DNA from: Betaproteobacteria bacterium
GTDB taxonomy: Bacteria > Pseudomonadota > Gammaproteobacteria > Burkholderiales > Casimicrobiaceae
Direction of reading: 5' to 3'
Length of the DNA stretch: 64,000 bases
NCBI GenBank assembly: GCA_031396395.1
Contig: JANNKR010000059.1
Location: 2,750 to 66,749 of the forward strand
Under the pieces are notes generated by a model. That model searched no databases, was not told the DNA's origin, and was given only the letters and a program-made list of their open reading frames with translations. The translations under genes were made by a program, and so were the position numbers. Below, piece by piece: positions 28,297 to 38,086 of this stretch. Position 1 is the stretch's first letter, and every line of letters begins with the position of its first letter.

Positions 28297-29211
28297 ATGT
28301 GGACCGCGATCACCCTGGCACTGTTGATTGCCGCCGGCGTTGCCGCCTACGGGGCCTGGGCAGCGCATGCCGTTGCCCACGGCGCGGCCGCCTGGCCTTT
28401 CGTGCTCGGACTGCCGCTTGCCTATCTGGCGGTGCCGTTTTTGTTCACCTGCCTGTGGGTGACGATGGGATGGTGGATGCGTTCGCCGCGACCGGAAGAC
28501 GCGGTGCTCGATTGGGGGCAGAAGGCGCGCCTCTTCGTCGACGAATTCGTGGCCCTGTCGCGGTCGGCGCCGAAAATGATCTTCTATCGCTGGCTGGTGC
28601 GCGACCCGCCGCCGGCGCCAGCGAAGCTGCCGGTGCTGCTGATCCATGGCGTGGGCTGCAACGCCGGAGTCTGGTCCGGCATGAAGAAATATCTGGATGC
28701 GCAGGGGGTGGGGCCGGTGTACGCGCTCTCCTACGGTCCACCGCTGGCGAGCGTTGACAGTTTCGCGGCACAGGTGGCCGCGAAGATCGACGCAATCCGT
28801 GTGGCAACCGGTGCTGCCCAGGTCATCATGGTCGGGCACAGCATGGGCGGACTCGTCGGCATTGCCTATCTGCGTCGCTATGGCGGCGATCGTGTGCGCC
28901 GGCTGATCACGATCGGCACGCCATTCCACGGCAGTCGCCATGCGTACATGATGTTCGGACAATCCATGCAGGATCTGCGCCCCGGCAGCAATTTCGTATC
29001 CGACATCGATGTTCCGGGCACCTACGCCGCGCAGGTGCCGGTGGTGTCGCTATGGTCCTGGCATGACTCGATGGTGACGCCACAGACCTCGGCGCGCCTC
29101 GATTGGGCCGACAACATCGCGATCACCGGCGTGGCGCACAACGCTTTGCTGGGCGATCGCGGCGTGTGGGCGCGCGTGGCCGGCGAAATCCGCAAGGCGC
29201 GTGCCGCGTAG
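28297..29211 (+). CDS. Membrane-anchored alpha/beta hydrolase (lipase/esterase)
   Basis: Two N-terminal TM helices; LLIHG, GHSMGG nucleophile elbow, GTPFHGS, HN near the C-terminus. Confidence 0.88.
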   Translation: MWTAITLALLIAAGVAAYGAWAAHAVAHGAAAWPFVLGLPLAYLAVPFLFTCLWVTMGWWMRSPRPEDAVLDWGQKARLFVDEFVALSRSAPKMIFYRWLVRDPPPAPAKLPVLLIHGVGCNAGVWSGMKKYLDAQGVGPVYALSYGPPLASVDSFAAQVAAKIDAIRVATGAAQVIMVGHSMGGLVGIAYLRRYGGDRVRRLITIGTPFHGSRHAYMMFGQSMQDLRPGSNFVSDIDVPGTYAAQVPVVSLWSWHDSMVTPQTSARLDWADNIAITGVAHNALLGDRGVWARVAGEIRKARAA

Positions 29212-29241
29212 GTGTTGTGCAGGCGTGGTGCATGCGTGGGT

Positions 29242-29307
29242 GTAGGCGAGGCTTCAGCCTCGCAGGTGATACCGACGCGTTGCCCGCAAGGCCGAAGCCT
29301 CGCCTAC
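29242..29307. repeat. GTAG-type REP doublet, copy 3 (one arm degenerate)
   Basis: GTAGGCGAGGCTTCAGCCTCGC at 29242-29263; second arm GCAAGGCCGAAGCCTCGCCTAC ending at 29307; between convergent genes. Confidence 0.82.
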
Positions 29308-29345
29308 ACGTTGTCCCTGCCGCGCCTTTCGCCGCAACGCAATCC

Positions 29346-31337
29346 CTACCAGTGAATGCCCTGCGTCAACTGCGCGAATGCCATCTGCTCGGGACTCAAA
29401 GCCTGCTGTACGGCCGGCTCGCCTTTCTTGCCCTGTGCCGCGGCTGAATCGGGAAACATGTTGAACGCGGTGTTGAGCAGGATCTGCGTCAGGCGCGGCG
29501 CGGCGGCGTGACTGATCGCCCCGAAGATGCCCAGCCTCGTCGCGATGCGCACCGACTTGTAGACAATCGCCTCGACCACCAGGTCGGCCGCCTGTTCCGG
29601 CGACAGGGTCGGGACATTCTCGTACATCTTGGTGGGCGCGATCATCGGCGTGCGCACCAGCGGCATGTTGATCGTCGTGAAATTGATGCCCTTGTCGAGG
29701 AACTCCGACGATGCGCAGGCCGCAAACGAATCCAGTGCCGCCTTGGACGCGACGTACGCGGAGAAACGCGGGGCATTCGACAGCACGCCGATCGACGAGA
29801 TATTGATGATGTGACCCTGATGCTGCTCGATCATCTTCGGCAGGAAGCCCATGATGAGCCTCAGCGCGCCGAAATAGTTCAACTGCATCGTGCGCTCGTA
29901 GTCGTGGAAGCGATCGAAGGAGTTGATCACCCCGCGCCGGATCGAACGGCCGGCATTGTTGACGAGATAGTGACAGGTGCCGTGTTCCTTCAGCACGCGC
30001 GCCACCAGCGCATCGCATGACGCGAGTTCAGACACGTCCGCCGTGTACATCCAGCAGCGCCCGCCCGCGGCTTCGATCTCCTTTTTCGTCTCGATCAGCT
30101 TTTCCTCGCCACGCGCGACCAGGATCACCTTGGCGCCGGCGCTGGCCATCTTGATCGCGGTCGCCTTGCCGATGCCCGACGACGCGCCGGTGACCACGAT
30201 CACCTTGTCCTTGACCTTGCCGGCAAGCGTGCGGTCGATGAAGAGATCGGGATCGAGATTGCGTTCCCAGTAGTCCCAGATCTTCGGCGCATAGGACTCG
30301 AGCGCCGGCACGCTGATGCCGGAGCCCTTCAAGGCCTTGACCGTTTCGCGGTTGTCGTAGCGGGTGGGCCAGTTGATGAACTGGAAGACGTCCTTCGGCA
30401 CGCCGAGGTCGGTGAGCACCGCGCGCATCATGCGCTTGACCGGCGCCAGCGAACCCAGGCCGTAGAGGATGGGCGCGGGAATGAAGCCGAACATCCGCGC
30501 GTTGAGGCGCATGGTCATCTGCGGCGCATGCGCCACCTTGGCGAAGATATTGAGCACCTCGCCGATCCGGTTCGGTTGCGGATCCGTCAGGTGGAAGCAC
30601 TTGCCGTCGAGGCCCTTCTTGTGCGCGAGATGGTCGATCGCATCGGCGACATAGTCCACGGGCACGATGTTGATGCGGCCACCTTCGATGCCGACCATCG
30701 GCATCCACGGCGGCAGCATGTTGCGCATTTTCTGGATGAACTTGAAGAAATAGTAGGGGCCGTCGATCTTGTCGATGTAGCCGGTCTTCGAGTCGCCGAC
30801 GACGAAGCCCGGGCGGTAGATTCGATACGGCCGCTTGCATTCGTTGCGGACCACGGCCTCGGAATCGTGCTTGGTCGCGAAGTAGGGATGATCGAGGTCT
30901 TCGGCCTCGTCGAACATGTCCTCGCGGAACACGCCGTCATAGAGGCCCGCGGCCGCGATCGAACTCACATGGTGGAAGCATTTGGCCGTCACGGCCGTGG
31001 CGAACTCGACGGCATGCCGGGTGCCATCGACGTTGGCAATCTGCTGCGATTGCGCATCGGCCTTGAGGTCGTAGATCGCGGCCAGGTGGAACATCTGGTC
31101 GACCTTGCCTTTGAGCTTGCGCAGGTCCGCATCCGCGACACCGAGGTTCTTCTTGCCGAGATCGCCGATGACCGGAATGATCTGCTTGTCGGTCGCGCCC
31201 CACTCGATGCGCAACGCATCAAGTTTCTTGACCGAGGCCTTGCGCACCAGCACATGGATCGGCTGTCCGCGTTTCAGGAGATTGCGGACCAGGAACTGTC
31301 CGATGAATCCGGTCGCGCCGGTGACGAAGTAGGCCAT
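29346..31337 (-). CDS. Two-domain fatty acyl-CoA reductase (alcohol-forming; Marinobacter Maqu_2507-like)
   Basis: N-terminal extended SDR (YFVTGATGFIG, FHLAAIYD, HVSSIAAAG, KIDGPYYFFK) + C-terminal SDR (VTGASSGIG, NNAGRSIRR, MQLNYFG, SAYVASK, ...QGIHW); AAGGAGG RBS. Confidence 0.88.
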   Translation of the reverse strand: MAYFVTGATGFIGQFLVRNLLKRGQPIHVLVRKASVKKLDALRIEWGATDKQIIPVIGDLGKKNLGVADADLRKLKGKVDQMFHLAAIYDLKADAQSQQIANVDGTRHAVEFATAVTAKCFHHVSSIAAAGLYDGVFREDMFDEAEDLDHPYFATKHDSEAVVRNECKRPYRIYRPGFVVGDSKTGYIDKIDGPYYFFKFIQKMRNMLPPWMPMVGIEGGRINIVPVDYVADAIDHLAHKKGLDGKCFHLTDPQPNRIGEVLNIFAKVAHAPQMTMRLNARMFGFIPAPILYGLGSLAPVKRMMRAVLTDLGVPKDVFQFINWPTRYDNRETVKALKGSGISVPALESYAPKIWDYWERNLDPDLFIDRTLAGKVKDKVIVVTGASSGIGKATAIKMASAGAKVILVARGEEKLIETKKEIEAAGGRCWMYTADVSELASCDALVARVLKEHGTCHYLVNNAGRSIRRGVINSFDRFHDYERTMQLNYFGALRLIMGFLPKMIEQHQGHIINISSIGVLSNAPRFSAYVASKAALDSFAACASSEFLDKGINFTTINMPLVRTPMIAPTKMYENVPTLSPEQAADLVVEAIVYKSVRIATRLGIFGAISHAAAPRLTQILLNTAFNMFPDSAAAQGKKGEPAVQQALSPEQMAFAQLTQGIHW

Positions 31338-31526
31338 CCCATCCTCCTTGCGGTATCGATCTTGGCGCCGATCCCGTTCCCGGAGCAACGGGAATCGATT
31401 CGACGTTCGTTGTTGGCTCATTGCGTACCCGGCGGGCCTGCCACATCCGCGCGGGTCGCGCCTGCGCATTCTACCCGGCGACCGGGTCGCGCGGCCGCGC
31501 GGGGATAGCCGCGCGGCGAAGATGCC

Positions 31527-31544
31527 ATTAGTATGAATGCTCTA
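31527..31544 (+). promoter_or_regulatory. Shared motif copy 1 (ATTAGTATGAATGCTCTA)
   Basis: In the divergent region between the acyl-CoA reductase and phasin 1; matches copies at 38641 and 40856. Confidence 0.65.
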
Positions 31545-31618
31545 GTCCTGCAACCTAAAATCGACCATGCCCCGTCGTTGCTTCGCATCGGCGCGGGTAC
31601 ATAACCGGAGAAACCACC

Positions 31619-32257
31619 ATGCTGAAGAAGGCCAAGGCCGGCCATGCCGCCAAGGAAACCGGCGACGGAAAGGACATGTCGCAAGCCGTCCTCGATTCGT
31701 CCCGGCATATATGGCTCGCCGGACTCGGCGCCTTTTCGCGAGCGCAGGCCGAAGGCATGAAGGTCTTCGAAACGCTGGTCAAGCAAGGAGAAGTCTTGGA
31801 AACGAAAACGCGCCGCGCGGCGGCAGACACTGCGGCCGCGGCCAAGGGTGCGGCCAAGGCCAAGGTCAGCGAGGTCAAGCAGGGTGTGGGCGGCACGTGG
31901 GACAAGCTGGAACAGGTCTTCGAGGACCGAGTGGCCCGCGCGCTGTCCAAACTCGGTGTGCATACGCAAACCGACGTGGAACGGCTGACCGAACGGGTGG
32001 ACGTGCTGTCCGAGGCGGTCAACGAACTGATCAAGGCCACCGGCGTCAAGCCCAGGCGGCGGCCGGCCCCGCCGGCTTCGACCGTCGAGCGCATGATGAA
32101 GGGCGCGGTCTCGACCGCCACGCGTACCACCACCAGTGCGGCGCGAACGGCCTCCAAGGCGGCGCGGTCGGCCACCGGGGCCGTGACCAGCGCCACCAAG
32201 ACCGCGCAGAAAACCGTGCGCAAGGCCACCCGGGTTGCCAAGGCGGCACTGAAGTAG
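31619..32257 (+). CDS. Phasin family (PhaF/PhaI-like) granule-associated protein with basic Ala/Thr/Lys tail
   Basis: SRHIWLAGLGAF..EGMKVFETLVKQGE, WDKLEQVFEDRVARALSKLGV. Confidence 0.9.
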   Translation: MLKKAKAGHAAKETGDGKDMSQAVLDSSRHIWLAGLGAFSRAQAEGMKVFETLVKQGEVLETKTRRAAADTAAAAKGAAKAKVSEVKQGVGGTWDKLEQVFEDRVARALSKLGVHTQTDVERLTERVDVLSEAVNELIKATGVKPRRRPAPPASTVERMMKGAVSTATRTTTSAARTASKAARSATGAVTSATKTAQKTVRKATRVAKAALK

Positions 32258-32306
32258 GCGCCGCGTCGCCGCCGGTGCCCCGGCCCGGGTCCGGCGAGCC
32301 TCGCGG

Positions 32307-32585
32307 TTACTCGCGGTTGAGCTTGTCGACCAGATTGATGTAGTTGGTCATTGCCTCGTCGCGGGTGGTGCCGGCCAGCTTGGACCAGGCGTCGTACTTG
32401 GCGCCGCCCACGAAATCGAAGCCGCCCGGGCGGTCGCCCTTGACGTCGCCCTCGGTGGCCTGCTTGTAGTACGAATAGAGCTTGAGCAACGTGGCGTTGT
32501 CGGGCTTCTTCTTCGTTTGCTTGGCCGCGCCGGTTGCGGCGTCGAACTTGGCCTTGAGATCGTCTTTCTTCGGGGCTGCGGCCAT
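32307..32585 (-). CDS. Acyl-CoA-binding protein (ACBP)
   Basis: LLKLYSYYKQATEGD, RPGGFDFVGGAKYDAW, AMTNYINLV; GAGGAGG RBS. Confidence 0.93.
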   Translation of the reverse strand: MAAAPKKDDLKAKFDAATGAAKQTKKKPDNATLLKLYSYYKQATEGDVKGDRPGGFDFVGGAKYDAWSKLAGTTRDEAMTNYINLVDKLNRE

Positions 32586-32683
32586 GCGGTCCTCCTCGTC
32601 CTGAATCGGCAATTCGTGCTACTTTAGCGCGAACGCAACAGCGCACGCAACGCATGCGCCTACGCCCAACTTCCCGCGAGACC

Positions 32684-34150
32684 ATGGCCGCGACTTCAAA
32701 ACGCGAAAAGATCTCCGCGGTCGATACCGCATGGCTGCGGATGGATCGGCCGCAGAATCTGATGATGATATGCGGCGTGATGCTGTTTCGTGACCGCATT
32801 TCGCTGTCCCGTCTGCGCGACGTCATCGGCGAGCGTTTTCTGAGCTTCCGCCGCTTTCGCCAGCGCGCGGTCGAGATGCCCGGGATGGCCTTCTGGGAAA
32901 CGGACCGGCACTTCGACATCGAGCGGCACGTGGTGCACACGGCGCTGCCCGGCAGCGCGGGGCGGAAGGAACTGCAGGAATTCGTGTCGCGGCTTGCCAC
33001 CACGCCGCTCGATCCGGCGCGGCCGATGTGGCAGTTTCACCTGGTCGACAACTACGCCGGCGGCAGCGCCGTGGTGGTGCGCATCCATCACAGCTACGCC
33101 GATGGCATCGCGCTGGTGCGGGTGATGCTGTCGATGACCGACGCCGGCCCCAATGGCCCGCCGGCGATGCCCTTCGAGCCGAGGCCTCGCCGCAAAGCCC
33201 AGGCGGAAGATGCGCTGGGCCAGTTGCTGGCACCGCTCTCCGGCGCGATGGACACCGCGCGCAAGATCGGCGCCACGATCCTCGACAAGGGGGCCGACCT
33301 CTGGTCGGACCCGAGCAAGGCGGTGGCGCTGGCCGGCCAGGGGACTGCACTGACCGCGGAAATCGCCAAGCTGGTGCTGATGCCCCAGGATTCGGCCACG
33401 CGCTTCAAGGGCAAGCCGGGGATCGGCAAGCGCGTTGCGTGGGCCGACCCGTTGCCGCTTGCCGACGTCAAGGCCATCGGCAAGGCGTTGGGGGCGTCGG
33501 TGAACGACGTCCTGCTGTCGTGCGTCGCGGGCGCCATTCGAGCCTACCTGGTCGGCAAGGGCGATGACGTGGAAGGCGTGATGATCCGCGCGTTGGTGCC
33601 CGTCAACCTGCGGCCGATGGAAAAGGCCTATAAGCTCGGCAATCAGTTCGGCCTGGTGTTCCTCGAATTGCCAATTGGCATCGAGAATCCGGTCGAGCGG
33701 CTCTACGCGGTGCGCGCCAACATGAATGCGCTGAAGGGCTCGTTCCAGCCGGTGCTCGCGTTGGGACTGCTGGCGGCAATGGGGGCCGCGCCCAAGGCGC
33801 TGCAGGAAGTCCTGCTGTATGCGTTGGCGCGCAACGCGACGTCGGTGATGACCAACGTGCCGGGGCCGCAGGAAGCGCTCTACCTCGCCGGCAAGCGGAT
33901 CGAAAGCATGATGGTCTGGGTACCGCAGTCAGGCGACATCGGCATGGGCGTGTCGATCCTGTCATACCACGGCTCGGTGCAGTTCGGCCTCATCACCGAT
34001 CGCGGCATGTGCCCCGACCCCGAGGCCATCATCGAGCGTTTCGCCGGTGAGTTCGAGCAGCTGGTGCTGGTCACGTTGATGGCGCCGTGGCCCCGGGAAG
34101 GCGATCTCGACCCGGCTGAAGCGGCAGCCGTCGCCGGGGTCCGGGCCTGA
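32684..34150 (+). CDS. Wax ester synthase / diacylglycerol acyltransferase (WS/DGAT)
   Basis: ISAVDTAWLRMD, PLDPARPMWQ, HHSYADG catalytic motif, SVNDV, PVNLR, GNQFG, TNVPGP. Confidence 0.93.
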   Translation: MAATSKREKISAVDTAWLRMDRPQNLMMICGVMLFRDRISLSRLRDVIGERFLSFRRFRQRAVEMPGMAFWETDRHFDIERHVVHTALPGSAGRKELQEFVSRLATTPLDPARPMWQFHLVDNYAGGSAVVVRIHHSYADGIALVRVMLSMTDAGPNGPPAMPFEPRPRRKAQAEDALGQLLAPLSGAMDTARKIGATILDKGADLWSDPSKAVALAGQGTALTAEIAKLVLMPQDSATRFKGKPGIGKRVAWADPLPLADVKAIGKALGASVNDVLLSCVAGAIRAYLVGKGDDVEGVMIRALVPVNLRPMEKAYKLGNQFGLVFLELPIGIENPVERLYAVRANMNALKGSFQPVLALGLLAAMGAAPKALQEVLLYALARNATSVMTNVPGPQEALYLAGKRIESMMVWVPQSGDIGMGVSILSYHGSVQFGLITDRGMCPDPEAIIERFAGEFEQLVLVTLMAPWPREGDLDPAEAAAVAGVRA

Positions 34151-34195
34151 GCAGTTGGTGCCTGCACCACACCGCAGCGCATCAGGGCTTCGGGT

Positions 34196-35179
34196 TCAGG
34201 GCCACGCCGGATAGGTGTTGGGAGCCGCGAAGGCTTCGCGCAGGTACTGATTGAGCGGCACCACCAGATCCTTGGTATTGAACCACTTGGCGTAGATGCG
34301 ACGGACTTCGCCGGACTGGAAGAGGTCGATCAGCGCGCGATTGACGATCTTCTCGAACGCCGGCTCGTCACGCCGCAGCATGATCGCGTACGGCTCGACC
34401 GAAACGTAGCGACCTACCACGGCGAAGTCATCCGGCTTCTTCGACTTCGAGATGAGCCCGTACAGCAGCACGTCGTCCATCGGAAAGGCGACGGCCTTGC
34501 CGTCCTCGACGGCTCTGAACGATTCGCCGTGGTCCCTCGCCACGATGATGTTCATGTTGAGCACCCGGTCGGTGTTCATCGCCACCATTATCTTTTCGCT
34601 GGTGGTGCCCTTGGTCACCACGATGTCCTTGCCGCGCAGGTCCTCGATGCTCGTGATGTTGGCAGTGCGCTTGGCCAGCATCTTGATGCCGGCGACGAAG
34701 GTCGTGTACGCGAAGGCGACCTGCTGCTGCCGCTCGCGGGTGTTGGTCGTCGATCCGCATTCAAGATCGACCTTGCCCGCGACCAGCATCGGGATGCGGT
34801 CGGACGACGACACCGGCACGAACCTGACGTCGAGCCGGGGCAGCTTGAGTTCGGCCTTGATGGCGTCAGCGATGCGCAGGCACAGGTCCACCGAGTATCC
34901 CTGTGCCTGCTTCTGCGCGTCGATGAACGAAAACGGCACGCTTGACTCCCGGACGCCGAGCGTGATCGCGCCGGTTTCGCGGATGCGGCGCAACGTGTCG
35001 ATCCGCTCCGCGGGTTTTTCGACCGCCTTGGCCTGGGTGATCGCTGTCGGCGCCGTGACGGCGGGCGCGACCTTGTCCTGCGCGCCTAGGGGCAAGGCCA
35101 GCAGCGAACCGGTGACGGCAAGCGCCACGGCCAGACGGAGAGCTACGGCCAGAAGCCGTATCGGTAGGCGTGACAACAT
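34196..35179 (-). CDS. Amino-acid ABC transporter periplasmic binding protein (GltI-like), without adjacent permeases
   Basis: LGVRESSVPFSF, DLECGSTTNT, AFPMDDVLL, SVEPYAIM. Confidence 0.88.
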   Translation of the reverse strand: MLSRLPIRLLAVALRLAVALAVTGSLLALPLGAQDKVAPAVTAPTAITQAKAVEKPAERIDTLRRIRETGAITLGVRESSVPFSFIDAQKQAQGYSVDLCLRIADAIKAELKLPRLDVRFVPVSSSDRIPMLVAGKVDLECGSTTNTRERQQQVAFAYTTFVAGIKMLAKRTANITSIEDLRGKDIVVTKGTTSEKIMVAMNTDRVLNMNIIVARDHGESFRAVEDGKAVAFPMDDVLLYGLISKSKKPDDFAVVGRYVSVEPYAIMLRRDEPAFEKIVNRALIDLFQSGEVRRIYAKWFNTKDLVVPLNQYLREAFAAPNTYPAWP

Positions 35180-35208
35180 CGGTTCTCTTCTCAAGATGGC
35201 TATCGACG

Positions 35209-35985
35209 CTATTCCAGTTCCGATTTCGCGAGTTCGACGTCCAGACGCTCCATGGCGTCGAGCGGCTTTTGCGCTGCCGCCTGCTCATAGAGCTTGGTGG
35301 CGTCCGCGATCCTGCCCTTGCCGAAGAGCATGATGAGCCCATTCCCGTATTCGATGCGCGTGATCGCGGATTCGGGAAAGAGCTTGATTGCCTTTTCGAA
35401 GTGCTCGACCGCCGAGTCCTTCTTGGCGCCATAGGTCAGGCCGGCGACGATGCCTCCGACCTTGTTGATGACCTCGGCCTGATAGGACCCGAACGCGATG
35501 TGCGCGTCGGCGTGCTTGGCTTCCAGCTTGATCGTGTTCAGCAGCGCATCCTTGATCTTGCCCCCGTAACCCTGCGCCAGTGCCTTGGCCACGCTGATGC
35601 CCTGGCTGTACCGGCCGAGCGCGAACGCATAAAAGTAATGTCCATTGGCGTCCTTCGGTGCTTCCGCGCGGCGCTCATCGGCCCAGCCCGCGGCTTCCTC
35701 GAAGAGCGCCAGCTTGGCCGTGGCCGCCTTCTCGAGGTAGTGGGCGTGGACGACCTGCGCCTTGACGGCGGCGTTGACACCAGGCCCGCCAGCCGCCATG
35801 CCGGCTTCAACCGCCTGCTGGAACTCGCCCGCGTGAAAATGCCGCCAGGCCTCCAGCACGCCCGCCTCCTTGGGGAACGGTTCGCAATCGCCACGGTGAA
35901 GGCGAGCCCACTGCTTCTTCAATGCCGCCGCGTCATAGGAATAGGCTTTGTCGGCGTGCGGAAATTTCGCCCATTTCTTCGCCAT
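35209..35985 (-). CDS. Conserved hypothetical protein, helical/TPR-like
   Basis: 258-aa ORF with typical codon use; WARLHRGDCEPFP, FALGRYSQGISVAKAL; in an operon with the TetR and patatin. Confidence 0.75.
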   Translation of the reverse strand: MAKKWAKFPHADKAYSYDAAALKKQWARLHRGDCEPFPKEAGVLEAWRHFHAGEFQQAVEAGMAAGGPGVNAAVKAQVVHAHYLEKAATAKLALFEEAAGWADERRAEAPKDANGHYFYAFALGRYSQGISVAKALAQGYGGKIKDALLNTIKLEAKHADAHIAFGSYQAEVINKVGGIVAGLTYGAKKDSAVEHFEKAIKLFPESAITRIEYGNGLIMLFGKGRIADATKLYEQAAAQKPLDAMERLDVELAKSELE

Positions 35986-36012
35986 CTTTTCTTCCTCCCG
36001 GCGCCGCGGCGC

Positions 36013-36669
36013 CTAAAGATAATCTTCGCCGAGGCGCTCGATCAGCGTGCGGCCATCCCCCAACAGGAACGGCGCGATCAGGGCCAGCACCTGATACACG
36101 GCGTGGTCGAGACTCACGTCACGGGGGTCGCCGTGCTGCCCCGCCGCGAGGCCCGCGACGCGCTGCCACGACATCCAGTACGTGGAAACCAGGACCACGT
36201 TGGCCGCCAAAGCGCCGATTTCGCGCTCGGTGGCGAGCATCTGGCCGCTTTGCACCAAGGCTCGACACAACTCTATCACGGTGCGTTCGCCGCGCCGGGT
36301 GACATCCGCGAAGCGCGTTGCGAGCTTGCGATTGCGGGACGTGATCTCGTCCAGGTCGCGATAGAAGAACCGGTATTCGCGCATCCGCTCGAACAGGGCA
36401 TGCAGCAGGAACCACAGGTCCTCCACGCCGGGCGGCGGGTCCTGCGGCACGACCAGCAGTGGCAGGACGGTGGCCTCGTAGCCGGCGTACAGCTCGCCGA
36501 TGATGTCGTCCTTGTTGCGGAAGTGGTAGTACAGGTTGCCGGGGCTGATGTTCATCTCGTCGGCGATATCGGCCGTCGTGATGTGCGGCTCGCCGAAACG
36601 ATTTAACAGCGCGAGACTCGTTTCATGGATGCGCTCGCGCGTGCGCCGCGGGGTTTTTTTCTCTGCCAT
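36013..36669 (-). CDS. TetR/AcrR-family regulator (PhaD-like)
   Basis: RTRERI..LNRFGEPHITTADIADEMNISPGNLYYHFRNKDDII; YRFFYRDL. Confidence 0.9.
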   Translation of the reverse strand: MAEKKTPRRTRERIHETSLALLNRFGEPHITTADIADEMNISPGNLYYHFRNKDDIIGELYAGYEATVLPLLVVPQDPPPGVEDLWFLLHALFERMREYRFFYRDLDEITSRNRKLATRFADVTRRGERTVIELCRALVQSGQMLATEREIGALAANVVLVSTYWMSWQRVAGLAAGQHGDPRDVSLDHAVYQVLALIAPFLLGDGRTLIERLGEDYL

Positions 36670-36720
36670 GGGCCGGCCAGTGTAAGGCCAAGCCGCCCGC
36701 ACGCAAACTGTGCAGCGCGC

Positions 36721-38019
36721 TCAGCGCGTCACGGCCAGCGCGCGTTCGAGGGTTTCGAGCGTATGGCGCAATTCGCGCTTGGCCCGGCGCACGTTGTTGC
36801 CCTTGATGTCGGTATGCAGCGGCCGCGCATCGTTGACCGCCGCGTTGACGTGGCGCGTCGTGTCGTTCAGCTTGTCCACCCGCAGCGTGATGCCATGCTG
36901 CTTCAGCAGCGGTTTGAGGTGGCTGGCGCGGGCGAGCAGGCTCTGCCGGGTCTTGGCAAAGGCCAGCCCGCAGAGGCGCTTGCGCTGCCAATAGCTGAAG
37001 ATGTTGGCAAAGAACATGTCGGCATCCTCGCGGTCCGGCTCGAACAACAGGATGTCGGCATCCGGATACTGCTGCCGATACTTCTCCATGCCCGTCTTCA
37101 TCCGCGAATGGATGATGGCGCGAAAGGTCTGCCCCAGCACCAGCGGCAGTCCGCCCTGGTTGAGCTTGGCAACCGTGAGGCGCTTGCCGTGGGTGGACGA
37201 ACTGGCATCGAAGGGGACCAGCGGGTTGATGCACAGCAAGAGCTGCACGCCCTCGTCGAGCGCCACGGAGGCATGCAGCGTCTTGTTGAGCGCGCCATCG
37301 ACGTAGTGCGCGCCGTTGATGACGACCGGTGGAAACAGGCCCGGCAGGGCACTCGAGGCCTCGATCGCGCGGGAGATCGGCACGTGCTCGTGCTGTCCCG
37401 GGCCAAAGGTGACCGAGGCGCCAGTGTCGAGATTGGTCGCGACAAGAAAGAGCTTGTGCTTCAGCTTGCGGAAGTCGTTGGTGCGCCCCGGCGCGGCGAA
37501 GAGCCGCGCCAGAAAGGTATCGATCGCCCGGTTCTCGAAGAAGCCGGTAGGGATGGCCCGCGCCAGTGTTGCAAAGGACTCCACCAGTCCATGATGGAAG
37601 GGGTCCCGCACATACTGCAGCGTGGCGCGCGCGGCCAAGCGCGGCAATGACGCGAGGCAGCGGCCGAATTCCGCGAACGCGGGCCGCAGAAAGATCTCGG
37701 GCTTCAGCGCGGCGTCGGCGCCGTCGTCGATGAAAAGCCGGTACATCTGCGCCGGCGAGAGGCCATTGGCCAGTGCCGCAGCGACGAATCCGCCCGACGA
37801 CACGCCGACGTACACGTCGAGGTCATTGAGGTCGAGGCCATCGAGTGAATCGGCCAGGGCCAGCAACGCACCGACCTCGTAGATGCCGCCCAACGGACCG
37901 CCGCCGGCAAGCGCCAGCCCGACGCCGGACTTGCCGCCGCGGACTGGGGCACGGGTCTTTGCTGCTGCGCTACGCTTCCGGACACGCGTTGCGCGTCCGG
38001 AAGGTTTCGGGTCCGACAT
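36721..38019 (-). CDS. Patatin-like phospholipase/esterase
   Basis: LAGGGPLGG, GVSSG nucleophile, ASSALPG, YVDG; AGGAG RBS. Confidence 0.9.
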   Translation of the reverse strand: MSDPKPSGRATRVRKRSAAAKTRAPVRGGKSGVGLALAGGGPLGGIYEVGALLALADSLDGLDLNDLDVYVGVSSGGFVAAALANGLSPAQMYRLFIDDGADAALKPEIFLRPAFAEFGRCLASLPRLAARATLQYVRDPFHHGLVESFATLARAIPTGFFENRAIDTFLARLFAAPGRTNDFRKLKHKLFLVATNLDTGASVTFGPGQHEHVPISRAIEASSALPGLFPPVVINGAHYVDGALNKTLHASVALDEGVQLLLCINPLVPFDASSSTHGKRLTVAKLNQGGLPLVLGQTFRAIIHSRMKTGMEKYRQQYPDADILLFEPDREDADMFFANIFSYWQRKRLCGLAFAKTRQSLLARASHLKPLLKQHGITLRVDKLNDTTRHVNAAVNDARPLHTDIKGNNVRRAKRELRHTLETLERALAVTR

Positions 38020-38086
38020 GGCGCTCCTCATTCAAGACGAAGGGAGCGTCTGCCGGCCCCCTTTCGCATTCAATGGTAGCGGAGAA

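Noticed and set aside
32294-32304. GCGAGCCTCGC as a collapsed fourth REP
   Set aside because: Only 11 bp, with no GTAG and no partner arm; could be chance
34196-35179. GltI-like binding protein as part of the lipid system
   Set aside because: Orphan amino-acid binding proteins are common and nothing links it functionally beyond position
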